A stretch of 64,000 nucleotides of DNA. Source: Cladosporium halotolerans (taxonomy: Eukaryota). How positions within the stretch are numbered: the stretch's first letter is position 1; every line of letters starts with the position of its first letter. The position numbers and the translations under genes are program-made. Positions 47,431 to 58,048 of the stretch are shown piece after piece. Location: NCBI RefSeq assembly GCF_011745625.1, contig NW_027191461.1, forward strand, positions 372,001 through 436,000. The letters are read 5' to 3'. The notes below the pieces were generated by a model. It worked only from the letters and a program-made list of their open reading frames with translations. It was not told the DNA's origin and searched no databases.

Positions 47431-48030
47431 TCATCCCGTCCCTGCAGCTACAACATTCGATTCTACTCCAGAGGCGACGTTCCTGCCAGGTCCGTCAGTA
47501 CACACGAAAGAGGTCCGACGGTCTGGGTGGCCTGCCGTGAAAGATCGTGCCGCTATGGTCACAAAACGAGCTACGTGTTCTGGCCTACCGGTCCACAGAA
47601 TCATCCCACCCTGTACGAGCGATAGCTTGACTTTGAGGGCGTTGGGTCGCAGCGGCATGTCACTGATCGCAGCTTACATATCCCTCATCGCTGTCGTTGG
47701 CGCATATCCCTCTTTGCGAGTGTAGAACGGGTCCAAATGATACCAATCCACGCAAAACCTTTCCCATGTCCGGATCTCGGCGATCAGACCTCTGCGTTGT
47801 TGAGGGAGGCTGCGCAGCGACGCTGCGAGGACGTCTTGGGCTTCGACGTGGAACTGCGTCGTTGCGTAGTATAAGCCGTTCGATTCTGCATAGATTTGCC
47901 TGCACAGGAGGAGCAAGTCAAGGCGATCGCGCCCGACACGGACTGGCGTCGAGAGAAAAACGAGGTTGTAGACGCGGTTGCGGATCTCTGGCAAAGGCGC
48001 AGAAATGACACGCGGCGATTGTGGGCTTCT
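47431..48030 (-). pseudogene. Degenerate 'LP.EIRNRIY' family gene, copy B; in-frame TAA at 47674-47676
   Basis: LPEIRNRVYNLVF..LLLLCRQIYAES..YYATTQF; the same frame continues past the stop into the 47431-47658 ORF; no clear start codon. Confidence 0.6.
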
Positions 48031-48267
48031 GCAACCTTTTGCTGTTTTGCCCAGATGGATCGACAAAGTGACAGGAAGCTGTCTTCTGAAAGTCTCAAAT
48101 GATTTTAGATCGACGGGTAACTCTTCCCTGTGTGGTGCGAGAGTGAACCAGTTACGCTCTCCAGGAAGGCGTGGGACTGTCCGCATGTACTTCAAGAGCC
48201 TCTCAGCGAACAGTTGGCTTCCTGCTTTGGCATGGCTACGGACATATTTCCCGTGAACCTGGGCGCG

Positions 48268-48802
48268 TCAGAACGAAAATGTCGTCAAGAGGACGGATGA
48301 TTTACAGACGGGCGCGGCGCAATAGTCAACCAGGGCTGGCTCCGATGTCCAGAGAGTGGAGCCGTTACCGGTACCTATTCGGACCCTGAGGACGCAGGGA
48401 TGGAGTTCGAGACGTGCGCGTCTGCTCAAGAGGTATCTGATATTGTAGAATCGTGAATGTAGCTCTGACCCGTTCTCTCGAGGAGCTCGCAACCACCCAC
48501 GGCGTTGCGAACCTAGACCGTTACATCGGATCTCACAAATCGCGTTCCGATGCTTCTCTGGTAGCATGTCAAGCCATCTCACCAGGCTCGTCATACAGTC
48601 GACGTAGAAGCAAGCATTAGCATACAAGTCGTCAATAGATTCGAGATAGATTCGCTTGCAGACAAGCAGGAGTCCAGGTGCCCCAGATCCAATGCAGATG
48701 GCGCACGAGGAGTAGACGTATTCACAAATCTTGTGGCGTACATGCCTAGGGAGACCAAAGAAAAGAGGGGCATTGGCCAGGTGCGATGTGGGTGTTTGTC
48801 AT
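48268..48802 (-). pseudogene. Degenerate 'LP.EIRNRIY' family gene, copy A; 1-nt frameshift near 48767-48770
   Basis: MTNTHIAPGQCP then shifted frame LFFGLPRHVRHKICEYV..LLLVCKRIYLES..LYANACF; homologous to copy B. Confidence 0.6.
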
Positions 48803-49099
48803 TATTTGCAAGATTTTGTTGCTCTCTGGATGTCGTGCTGAGGGGAAAGGATTTCTGTGAAGTCCTGCGTATCTGCTTGGGGGGCGCTGCTTTAGCGAGT
48901 ATGCTGTGTCACCATCAACGGCAGACAATGGAAGCTAAAGCTCAGAGCTGCGGATATAACTCATCCCGAGTTATAGGAACATGCTTCTGCCAGCCAATGA
49001 AGCCAGATGTAGAGAGAGCTTTGGAATCAGTTACCACGAGTCTGTCATGAAATCGTTCTGCCTTGGTAACTCGGGACATAGGCCGCCTCTACGGACACT

Positions 49100-50557
49100 C
49101 TATGTAACCAAGTCTGCCACTGGCTCAGGCAGACTGCCCCACACCAGCGCGCGGTCGCCCCATCTTTGTGGATGAGGTGCTAAAAACCTCACACGTTTCT
49201 TTGTCTCGTCGACATCTGCTACATATAAGTACCCCATGACCGCGCTGTCTCGAATCTCCCTGTCGTCGACGTGTGTGCCTGGACACAGCTTGATTGCAAC
49301 GAGGGAAGCCATCAATGCTGTACTAGGCTCTATCTTCTCGTAGAGCGCGCCAGGGCTATCATGCGAAGCGCCATCGGGTTCGTAATCGTCGTCTTCTGCA
49401 GCTGCTCCCGACTTGAAATCCTGGTCGTCGGATGTTGAAGCAGACTTAGCTCGGTAGATGTTCAATTCGCTGAATGGAACAGAATGCGAGTGAGGATTTA
49501 ATGGTATCTGTGGTAGTCCGAAAAAATATTGTCGCACATTCTGAGCTCGCGCTTGTTTGAGGAATGAAGCATCGCTTTCCACAGCACCTCCGGGTTTGGT
49601 CAGGCGGAGGACGGGAATTGCTTTGTCATCGCCTCTACTTTGGTTGAAGCGACGATTCAGATCGTTGTACAGACGTTCTGAGCCGATGGTTAGAATGAGG
49701 GTGATGCTGAACTCGCTGATGATATGGCTGAGAATGTCGTAGTTGCTCTTTGGGTCGTTCAGCGATCCAGGCGTATCCACAATCAGGCCGCTGCGCTTTG
49801 CGTCCGTGTTTGCCTCCAACTTTCCGGTGACGTGTAGAGCGGCGTGTGTTAAAAGAGCTTTGAATGCTTCAGAGTTTTCTGTGGGAGATGGGAAAGGCCA
49901 GCCGTACACCAAAGGCGTCTTCACAGGCGAGGCGGTGGGACCAGATACTGGAGCAATGCCATAACCGCTCTCGACTTCAGTCTGGCTGCTGGCAGTGACA
50001 GCCGTGAGACTGCCTGCCGGTGCCAGAAGGCCTTCTCTCGAGTCCAAATTAAGAACTGTGGGTGTCCTTCCGACCTTCACTCCCCAAGCCGTCAGACTTC
50101 GCACCAAACTGCTCTTGCCCACTGCATCTGGCCCAACAACAAGTACTCTCGGGCCTTCGCCATGCACTCCGGCAGCTGCAGCTTCGTCGCGCAGCGTCTC
50201 AAGCATTCCATGTACGTTCAGCCATTCCACTGCATACTCCGTCTCTTGACCGACGTATTCGCTTTCCGCCTCACCCAGCACCTCGAGACTGCATCCTTGC
50301 CAGGTAAATATCGCGCCCTTGTACCCAGAGAAATTGTATGTCTGACTCGGTGCTAGCTCAGTGCCCCAGAGCTCCGCCTCACCACTTGTGAGTTTGATGC
50401 TGTAGTTTTTCCCGAACGCGACCTCGAAGCGCCATTCCGTCCTCTCGCCTAGCCTCTCCGTGCGCGCGACCTGCGACTTAGCGGAGGGGAGATCTGCTGA
50501 TGGCGCTGCGAAGGAATTGTCTGCTGCGAGCCCAAGGCCGGGAAGTGAGAAAGCCAT
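49100..50557 (-). CDS. CLP1: mRNA cleavage and polyadenylation factor Clp1
   Basis: EWRFEV..GEAELWGTEL N-terminal domain, P-loop GPDAVGKS, IVDTPG, GSERLY, GYLYVADVD. Confidence 0.93.
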   Translation of the reverse strand: MAFSLPGLGLAADNSFAAPSADLPSAKSQVARTERLGERTEWRFEVAFGKNYSIKLTSGEAELWGTELAPSQTYNFSGYKGAIFTWQGCSLEVLGEAESEYVGQETEYAVEWLNVHGMLETLRDEAAAAGVHGEGPRVLVVGPDAVGKSSLVRSLTAWGVKVGRTPTVLNLDSREGLLAPAGSLTAVTASSQTEVESGYGIAPVSGPTASPVKTPLVYGWPFPSPTENSEAFKALLTHAALHVTGKLEANTDAKRSGLIVDTPGSLNDPKSNYDILSHIISEFSITLILTIGSERLYNDLNRRFNQSRGDDKAIPVLRLTKPGGAVESDASFLKQARAQNVRQYFFGLPQIPLNPHSHSVPFSELNIYRAKSASTSDDQDFKSGAAAEDDDYEPDGASHDSPGALYEKIEPSTALMASLVAIKLCPGTHVDDREIRDSAVMGYLYVADVDETKKRVRFLAPHPQRWGDRALVWGSLPEPVADLVT

Positions 50558-51167
50558 GTTTGCGATGTGGTAGCAAGCTCGGTTGCGCCTGGCGCGACTT
50601 TGATGTGGGGACTTCAGGCGTTTGACGCGGTTCGAGAAGCGCGGGGAGCTGCACAGAGAAGGGAGCTTGGGAGACGGATGATGCCAAAGATGCAATGCTT
50701 AAAGTCACACTTCACATACCACTTATTCTGGTAAACCGCCATTATCGATTCCCGAAGCGGTGACGTGCGCAGTCTGGGACAAGGACGGCACTCTGAGCCA
50801 GGATGCAGCTTGCCGAACCGGTCCATGCATGATCAGAAGTCCTCTGTGACATGGGCGATGAATGGGGATGATTCTGTGACACCATGTCCCTGCGACTCCT
50901 TGTTTCTGTAAGACGTTGTTTGTTTAGATGCTTGTTCAACCAGGGTGTCTTTCCAGTACATCGTGGGTCTTGTCCATCTTCAACCAACAAACAAACATTC
51001 AAAGAGGTGAAAACAAGTTACACTTTGCGGCAACTGCGATATGTTTAAAGATAATTAAGAGTGGTTGGACATCACTTGTTCATCTCATACAACGAGGATA
51101 TTGACAGAGGAGATCTCGCATCTCACTGATCAAGATCACATCTTTGAAGACGAAAGCCAACACCACC

Positions 51168-51866
51168 ATGCCAGCGAAGATAGATGACGCCGAGAACCTC
51201 CGCTTCCTCTTCGCCTGCTTCCAGTCTGTCGAGCCCCTTCGTGTCGACTATGCCAAAGTGGCTAGCCAATTCGGGATCCAGTCAGCCGCTGCTCGCATGA
51301 GGCTCCTCCGTCTGAAGGAGGCCTTGGGCGGCAAAGAGATCCCGAAAGAAGGACGCAATGTCGATCCCAAGGACGGATACAAGAAGCCGCGCAAGGGAAA
51401 GAAGGCTGCTGCGAAAGAAGGGCTAGAGACCAATTTCATGGGAATGGGGAAGCCGGAGGATGACGACGACGAAGTTATCATGGTTGGAGGAGGGGCGAAG
51501 AAGGAGGAAATTAACTTGGAACCTGATTGGAAATCCTTGCCTGAAGCAAAGATGCCTCTTTCCCCTGTTGTGAAGCAAGAGTCCAGATACGGGATGGATG
51601 GGTATGGTGCCACTGCTGGTGCTTCGCCGCCCTATCATGAGCCTTTCTCCTACCAAGCATCAATGCACCCACAGGCCACTGATCGCAAGCCAATATCGTT
51701 CACGAGCTATTTCCCGCCTCAACCTGCGGCACCTCAGTCCATGAAATTCGAATCAGCACCTGTCACTATCAAGTCTGAGCAGAAGGAGCTGCAGCCTGCT
51801 CCGTCGCCGTTCCAGACGGGTGTTGTTACGAAATGGGAGGACGAAGACATCGACATCAAGTTCTAA
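51168..51866 (+). CDS. Hypothetical protein with N-terminal Myb/HTH-like domain
   Basis: ACCATG start; FLFACF..VDYAKVASQFGI..AAARMRLLRLK pattern followed by a low-complexity tail. Confidence 0.75.
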   Translation: MPAKIDDAENLRFLFACFQSVEPLRVDYAKVASQFGIQSAAARMRLLRLKEALGGKEIPKEGRNVDPKDGYKKPRKGKKAAAKEGLETNFMGMGKPEDDDDEVIMVGGGAKKEEINLEPDWKSLPEAKMPLSPVVKQESRYGMDGYGATAGASPPYHEPFSYQASMHPQATDRKPISFTSYFPPQPAAPQSMKFESAPVTIKSEQKELQPAPSPFQTGVVTKWEDEDIDIKF

Positions 51867-52235
51867 CAGCATTGGGGGGCGCGAAAGAGAATATGTATTT
51901 GCTATTCACAATAACAGAATGTTGAAACGGGTCGGAGATCTATCGAGAGTTGATCACGTATGTACCTACCATTGAACAATATGGCAGCATGAACGAATTT
52001 GATTGACCTCAAAACTCACCAAGACAGACAGATGTGATCGTAGGACGCATTTGGCGGTAAGAATGTGGTCAAAAATCTTTCATCTCTTGATCTACGTTAT
52101 CGTTTAAAGCTCCCTCCTTGGAGTAATCTCATGCTTGGTAGAAGACCAATGCTTGCACCGGCCCTTATAGCCGTACCAACCCCCAACACCACGCTCATCA
52201 ACCCATGCAAAAGAAATCGTCGCTCGCAACCGCGT

Positions 52236-53984
52236 CTAGTAGCTGCGGCCGAACATGACCCACTCCTTAGCGTTCTGGCTACACTTGGGGTTGATACACT
52301 TGGTGCCCTCCTTGATCTCCTCGGGCTGCTCGGCGGGAATACACAAGCTCTTGGCGCCCATGCTGGGAGCCCTGGCGTCGACCTCCTGGCCCTCGACGGT
52401 GGCCGCGGAGTCCTTCTTGATCTCGTCCTCGCACTCGCCACCGGCGCAGTGGGGAACGAGGAGCACGTTCTTCTCGTTGAGCGTGGGGACGAAGTCCTTC
52501 CACTCGCGCACGATCTTGCGATGGGAGGCGTAGATGTCGGAAGCGCGCTGCAGCATCTCCTTCTGGATGGTCTCGAGACGCTTGGGGACTTCGGTGGCAA
52601 GGTCGGCGATGGCGATGGTGAACTTCTCGCCGGTGTCACGGCGGACGGCCAGGACGGACTCCTTGGCGAGATCCTTGGGACCGCACTCAAGACGGAGGGG
52701 AACACCCTTCATCTCCCACTCGTTGAACTTGTAGCCGGCGGAGTAGCCGTCACGGTCGTCGAGCTCGGTACGGACGCCAGCGCCCTTGAGGGTCTTCCTC
52801 AGCTTGTCGACCTCGTTGTTGATGTGCTCTTTGTCTTCGGGAGTGGTCTTGTTGTTAATGCCGACGGGGATGAGGACAGCCTGAACGTTGGAGACGCGGG
52901 GCGGAACGACGAGACCCTTGTCGTCACCGTGGACGAGGATCATGACACCGATAGAACGAGTGGTGAAACCCCAGCTGTTCTGCCAAACGTGCAGCTTGTC
53001 TCTCTTCTCGCCATCCTTGACCTGCTGGTTCGGGTCCTCGACCGTGATGTCGAACATCTTCGCGAAGTGCTGACCGAGACAGTGCGATGTCGCAGCCTGG
53101 ATACCTCTGCCGACAGCGGGAATGAAACCCTCAATGGTGGTCGTGTAGTGTGCGCCAGGGAACTGCTCGTTGACGGTCTTCTTACCCTTGACAACAGGAA
53201 CAGCGAGCAACTCCTCGTAGATGGCAGCGTAGTGGTCCAGGATCTCCAAAACCTCCTTGCCGGCCTCTGCCTCAGTCATGTGTGCGGTGTGACCCTCCTG
53301 CCACAAGAACTCTCTCGAGCGGAGGAAAGGAACGGCGTGCTTGAACTCCCATCTCACAACGTTGTTCCACTGGTTGAGCTTCAGAGGCAAGTCACGGTGA
53401 CTCCTGATCTTCTTCGAGTAGTAGCTGTACATGGCGGTCTCACTGGTCGGGCGCACCGCAAGCTTCTTCTCCAGCTTGTTCCTGCCACCCTCGGTAACCC
53501 AGGCGACCTCAGCCGCGAAACCCTCGACGTGGTCCTTCTCGCGCTGCAGGTTTGCCTCGGTGATGAAAAGCGGGAAGTAGGAGTTCTCGACACCCATAGC
53601 CTTGATCTTGGCGTCGAAGAAATCGCGGATCTCCTCCCAGATCATGTACGAGCGCGGCAGGTAGATGTAGCAGCCGGGGACGTCGGTGAACTCGAGCATC
53701 TCAGCCTTGAGGATAACCTGCTGGTACCATTCCGAAAGATCCTCAGCCTTGGTGACCGTGATACCCTTGGTGTCCTGGTCATCCTCCTTCTTCTTGCCCT
53801 GACCCTGCTTTCCCTGGCCCTGCTTGCCCTGGCCCTGCTGCTGCTTAGGCTTCGCGGCCTTCTTCTGATCCCTCCTCTCCTTGTCCTGCTTGGCCGGCTT
53901 CTCGGTCGGCTCGCCCGATTGCGAGGTGGAAGGCTTGGTAACGTTGAGGTCTTCCATTTTCTGCTCGATACCCTCAGAGGCCAT
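52236..53984 (-). CDS. Cytosolic prolyl-tRNA synthetase (eukaryote/archaea type)
   Basis: EKDHVEGFAAEVAWVT, RPTSET, QWNNVVRWEFK..PFLRSREFLWQEGHT, QNSWGFTTRSIG, C-terminal FGRSY. Confidence 0.97.
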   Translation of the reverse strand: MASEGIEQKMEDLNVTKPSTSQSGEPTEKPAKQDKERRDQKKAAKPKQQQGQGKQGQGKQGQGKKKEDDQDTKGITVTKAEDLSEWYQQVILKAEMLEFTDVPGCYIYLPRSYMIWEEIRDFFDAKIKAMGVENSYFPLFITEANLQREKDHVEGFAAEVAWVTEGGRNKLEKKLAVRPTSETAMYSYYSKKIRSHRDLPLKLNQWNNVVRWEFKHAVPFLRSREFLWQEGHTAHMTEAEAGKEVLEILDHYAAIYEELLAVPVVKGKKTVNEQFPGAHYTTTIEGFIPAVGRGIQAATSHCLGQHFAKMFDITVEDPNQQVKDGEKRDKLHVWQNSWGFTTRSIGVMILVHGDDKGLVVPPRVSNVQAVLIPVGINNKTTPEDKEHINNEVDKLRKTLKGAGVRTELDDRDGYSAGYKFNEWEMKGVPLRLECGPKDLAKESVLAVRRDTGEKFTIAIADLATEVPKRLETIQKEMLQRASDIYASHRKIVREWKDFVPTLNEKNVLLVPHCAGGECEDEIKKDSAATVEGQEVDARAPSMGAKSLCIPAEQPEEIKEGTKCINPKCSQNAKEWVMFGRSY

Positions 53985-54713
53985 GTTGATATTAGTCCCG
54001 AGAGTTTCAATGGCAAGTGTTTGAGTATTGGAGCGAGCGCAGATAGGGCGGAATGTGAGTCGGTCAACTTTTACTCACATTTAGACTCATGTGCTTCGCG
54101 GGGGCTGTACGACCCCGCGTTTGGCGTATATCACAGCACGCTGTGTGCATATCGGGGCCTGCAGGTCCTGGGTCCGAGCACCCTTTCACTTAACACTGGC
54201 GATTGCATGTGCTCACGTGGGTCGCAACTGTTGATGAAGGACGGTTCATGGCGATAGCTCTTCATGCTAACTCGATCAGGTCCTCCTATCCAATGGAAGT
54301 CTTCTCGGCTAGTTTGATGCCCGGCGTTGAAGCCTTTAAACTACGCTGGATTATCAATCGCAAGATTGTGTTTGTAGCTGTTTGGTTCCGTCCGGAAGAT
54401 CATTTCACAGTATCGGTACATAGCAATCGATTCAAAACGACGATTACAAAATAAGCTATCCCAAAAGATTCCATGTCAACGTCCATGGTACGTAGATCGA
54501 TCACGACGTGTAACCAAATCGTCAAACGCCAAAGCCTCCCGCCGCTCAAGTCCATCTCTCCCGCGCCTTGGCGCCGAACCTCCGAGATCTCGCGCGCGGA
54601 CATCTCCACGAAGTCACGGACGTTGCCATTGAAACCCACCAGCAGCACCAGTCCTTCCTCCAGCCAAGTGCTCCATCCTCGGAAAACCAGCGCCACACGA
54701 TCATGCGGAAATA

Positions 54714-56660
54714 ATGCAAACACTCTGGACCCGCATCGCGCAATCCGGCGGCGGAGCGGGCAGCGCCTGCAAATGCCCGCAATGCCTCTCGTTCGCCGGC
54801 GGGCTCACGAAGCGAGTTGGCTCCGCGGCCGCCCGGCGCCCGCAGAAGTACCTGACGAGCTCGACGCTGTGGTATTCTGGGATCTTCGCTGCTGCGGCCA
54901 CGCTGGATGCTTCGGTGAAGTTGCAGAGGAGGGAGAGGTGGGATAGGGCGATTGCGGAGGTTAAGAAGGAGCTTGGGAAGGAGGAGACGGCTGGGGCGGT
55001 CAAGGAAGACCAGGTGAAGGGAGGGGCTGTGGAGGACGAGGCGGATGTTCTCTACAGCCTTGGTGCATTGGAGGAGGCTCTTGGTGGGGTTGGTTCGTCT
55101 TTCAAGACCCAGCGGTGGCCTGCGAACACAGGACCGCCGTTGCAGGAGTACAACTTGGCGCCGGAGTCAGTGTACGCGGGCAGGACGAAGAAACATAAGG
55201 GAGAATTCCGGGCATGGACGCCTAAGAAGATTGAAATCATCAGCTTGTCCGTGGACATCCTGCAGCTGCGGATTCTAATTTCTCTCGTCAAAGGCGGATA
55301 TGGCGAAGAGGCCGCGCGCGCAGTGCCGGAAGGATATGGTGCGATGTTCTCGCGCTCTCTTGAAAGCTTGTACGAGCACAAGCAGATGCTTTGGGCCGAT
55401 CTCAGAAGGGTTACCCACGCACCGCCCACACTGGAGGGGTACGAACGGACGGCATCGCTCCAGGCTTTGAACTTATTCGGCGCTGTGGAGGTGAATGGGC
55501 AACCATTCGAGAGTCCACGGGAGCTTAACACCAAGCTCCATTCCCTCATGAAAGAGCACAAACGCCAGAACATCTCTACACCAGCCCTGCTCGCCCGCAT
55601 TTGCTACGACCTCTCCTCCACGCCCACGCCACCCAACCTGGACACCTTCAACACCCTCCTCGTCGGCCTCTCCGCGGCAAACCAAACCCACGCCGTCTCG
55701 CACGTCATTCGCTCGCTAAACATGTGCAACCTGCGGCCCAACGAAACCTCCATCGCCGCGATCCTCAACCACTACACCGCCACCGACGACGCGCCCGCCT
55801 TCCTCAAATTCGTCGAAACCATGCGCGGCAAGCACCGCGGCCTCGCGCTCGCCCGCCCCGACATCCGCATCACGGCAGCCAGCAACGGCCGCCTCGTGCC
55901 GAGCGAAAGCGACCCCACCAAGATCATCCAGCTCCCCTACCCGACGCCCAAGGTCTTCGCGGCGCTGATCGCGGGCGTCGTCAAATTCTCCGGCTTCGAC
56001 GCCGCGCTGCAGGTCTGCCAGAGCCTCGGCGAGCAGGGCTGGGGCCTGTGCATGAACGGGCTCGCGCCGCTACTGGCGGACTGCGCGGAGCGCAGGGACC
56101 AGGAGTCCGGGCTGGAAGTCTGGCGGCAGGTCAAGTGGTTGGAGAAGAAGGCGCGGAGTCAGAGGATGGATGGCGGCGGGCGGGGGGCGGATGTGGAGCA
56201 GGTGCCTGTGGGGGTTTATGTGGCGATGCTGAGGCTGTGTCTGAGGACGGGGGACAAGAATCTCTATGATGAGGTTTGGGAGCAGGCGAGCAGGAGCCAC
56301 AGGACGAGCGCGGCGGCGATCGTGAGGATGGTTAAGGAGCAGATGAGGGAGGAGGAGAAGCCGGTGGATATCACGGCTGAGGCGAAGCGGTCGTTGGATC
56401 ATGAAGCAGCTTCAGAAGTCGAGACTGCTGTGGAGTCTCCGGGCTTGGACGAGCGAGTCGAGGGAAACGTCGCGGCCGCCAGAATCTACCCGCAGAGCAA
56501 CGTGATGCGCGAGTTGCGGTCGACGCGACGGAGGCCTGAACACGTACCGCCAGACCGGCGGTATGAGGTGCTCCAGGGACAGCTGCATGGCTCTCTGCCG
56601 GCGAGCGCTGAGCTCGAGGAGTACGAGGTTGCGGAGCGGCCGATGTATGCGTCTGGATGA
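54714..56660 (+). CDS. Pentatricopeptide-repeat (PPR)-containing protein, probably mitochondrial
   Basis: 648 aa; PNLDTFNTLL..MCNLRPNETSIAAILNHY PPR-like repeats; N-terminal CKCPQC. Confidence 0.75.
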   Translation: MQTLWTRIAQSGGGAGSACKCPQCLSFAGGLTKRVGSAAARRPQKYLTSSTLWYSGIFAAAATLDASVKLQRRERWDRAIAEVKKELGKEETAGAVKEDQVKGGAVEDEADVLYSLGALEEALGGVGSSFKTQRWPANTGPPLQEYNLAPESVYAGRTKKHKGEFRAWTPKKIEIISLSVDILQLRILISLVKGGYGEEAARAVPEGYGAMFSRSLESLYEHKQMLWADLRRVTHAPPTLEGYERTASLQALNLFGAVEVNGQPFESPRELNTKLHSLMKEHKRQNISTPALLARICYDLSSTPTPPNLDTFNTLLVGLSAANQTHAVSHVIRSLNMCNLRPNETSIAAILNHYTATDDAPAFLKFVETMRGKHRGLALARPDIRITAASNGRLVPSESDPTKIIQLPYPTPKVFAALIAGVVKFSGFDAALQVCQSLGEQGWGLCMNGLAPLLADCAERRDQESGLEVWRQVKWLEKKARSQRMDGGGRGADVEQVPVGVYVAMLRLCLRTGDKNLYDEVWEQASRSHRTSAAAIVRMVKEQMREEEKPVDITAEAKRSLDHEAASEVETAVESPGLDERVEGNVAAARIYPQSNVMRELRSTRRRPEHVPPDRRYEVLQGQLHGSLPASAELEEYEVAERPMYASG

Positions 56661-56851
56661 GAGCGGGACGCGACTCTTGCCTTCAACATAGCGACGGTGT
56701 TTTGATTTCGGGATTTGAGATTGGCGTTCACCAAGGGCAAATGGGATACCATGGGACATTGCATTTTCAAAGGAGGATTGTACGTATATGAGCCTGCTCT
56801 GGGTCATGTGCGAGGCGAGGAGGTACGCCACGGAGACATAGACATAGATTA

Positions 56852-56886
56852 GTAACTCAACTACGAATGTAACTCAACTACGAATG
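56852..56886. repeat. 17-bp perfect tandem duplication
   Basis: gtaactcaactacgaat x2. Confidence 0.9.
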
Positions 56887-58048
56887 GCAATATCGGCACG
56901 CCGTACCTAGATATGCTTACCTAGGTCATGATACTTGACCGATTAAGACGATCACCCATCACATTTCCAGAGTCGTGTGAGCTCGTCCAAATCCGGTAGT
57001 TCGGACGCTTACCTTTCCAATCCCACCGTGCATGTCACCTAATCTAGGACATCAGAGACTCCACGCGCCGGCGAGGCGAGTGCAATTCTCACAGGGCTCG
57101 AGCCAGTCGGCTCGCAATCCTCGCAAGGATCCGCCCGGGGCATGGCAGCCGTCGGGGACCGTTGGAAGAGTTGCGCAGGGTTGTCAGGGCTCGTGCGCGT
57201 CGTTCGCGGTTTCGCGCTGATACCCGGGTATACGCGATGTTGGGGTGCGTTGGTCGATGAGGGTGAGAGCTGGCTGCGAAGATGGTCCCGTTTGTGAAAT
57301 AGGTGCACCGTCAAGAGCGGCAGGGGATGGGTATCTTCTGACTTCAATACCTTACTAGCTGGCCGCCGGCTGTAGGCTCGATGCGTGGCTGCGAGCGGGT
57401 TGGTGAAGCGAGGCGACGCCCACGCCCGGACTCCATCGCAATTTCCCGCAGGCCAATGGCGCTCAGGGCGGCGGCGGCGCGGGACGTCTGGGCTGGGAGC
57501 CTCGAGCGTGGCTGTCGTGCGCAAAGAGGACAGGAGGCCTCGCAGCAGCAGCGGTGGCACATCTCTAGCGCACGCCATCGCGAGCTTGCTTGAGGTAGCC
57601 TGCTCGTCCCGCTTGCCGTGTGTCGTTGCGCTGCAACCGGCAGTGGCGGTAGGACCTTAGTGCAGTGCGAGTCGCACCGTTTTCGAAGGGCTCGCTGCTT
57701 CCTGGGCGTTGCAACCTGCCTGCGCTTGCCGGCCCGTGAAGACAGCGTACCACTCCTCGCCCTCTGCCCTGGCGCGCCGCCTGCCCTCTCGACACCACCG
57801 CCTGCGACGTCGCTCGTTGCATGCGTGTTTCCACTCAGCCCTCCGTGGACGAGGCGCGGCATGCCGACCTCGCCATAGACCAGGATCTCCTTTCTGCACG
57901 CACTCGGCCGGCCATTGAGCGTCGGCGATCACGAACGCGCGTGGCCCCAGGAACGCCAGGGACGCCGGCCACGCAAGGGACCTATAACACCCTCCGCCTA
58001 TACGGTGATCAAACGCACAATCTCTCGAGCCGAGTCAAGGAGCGGAGG

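Noticed and set aside
52065..54257. 730-aa plus-strand ORF antisense to ProRS
   Set aside because: Shadow ORF produced by the strong codon bias of the real gene; no recognisable motifs
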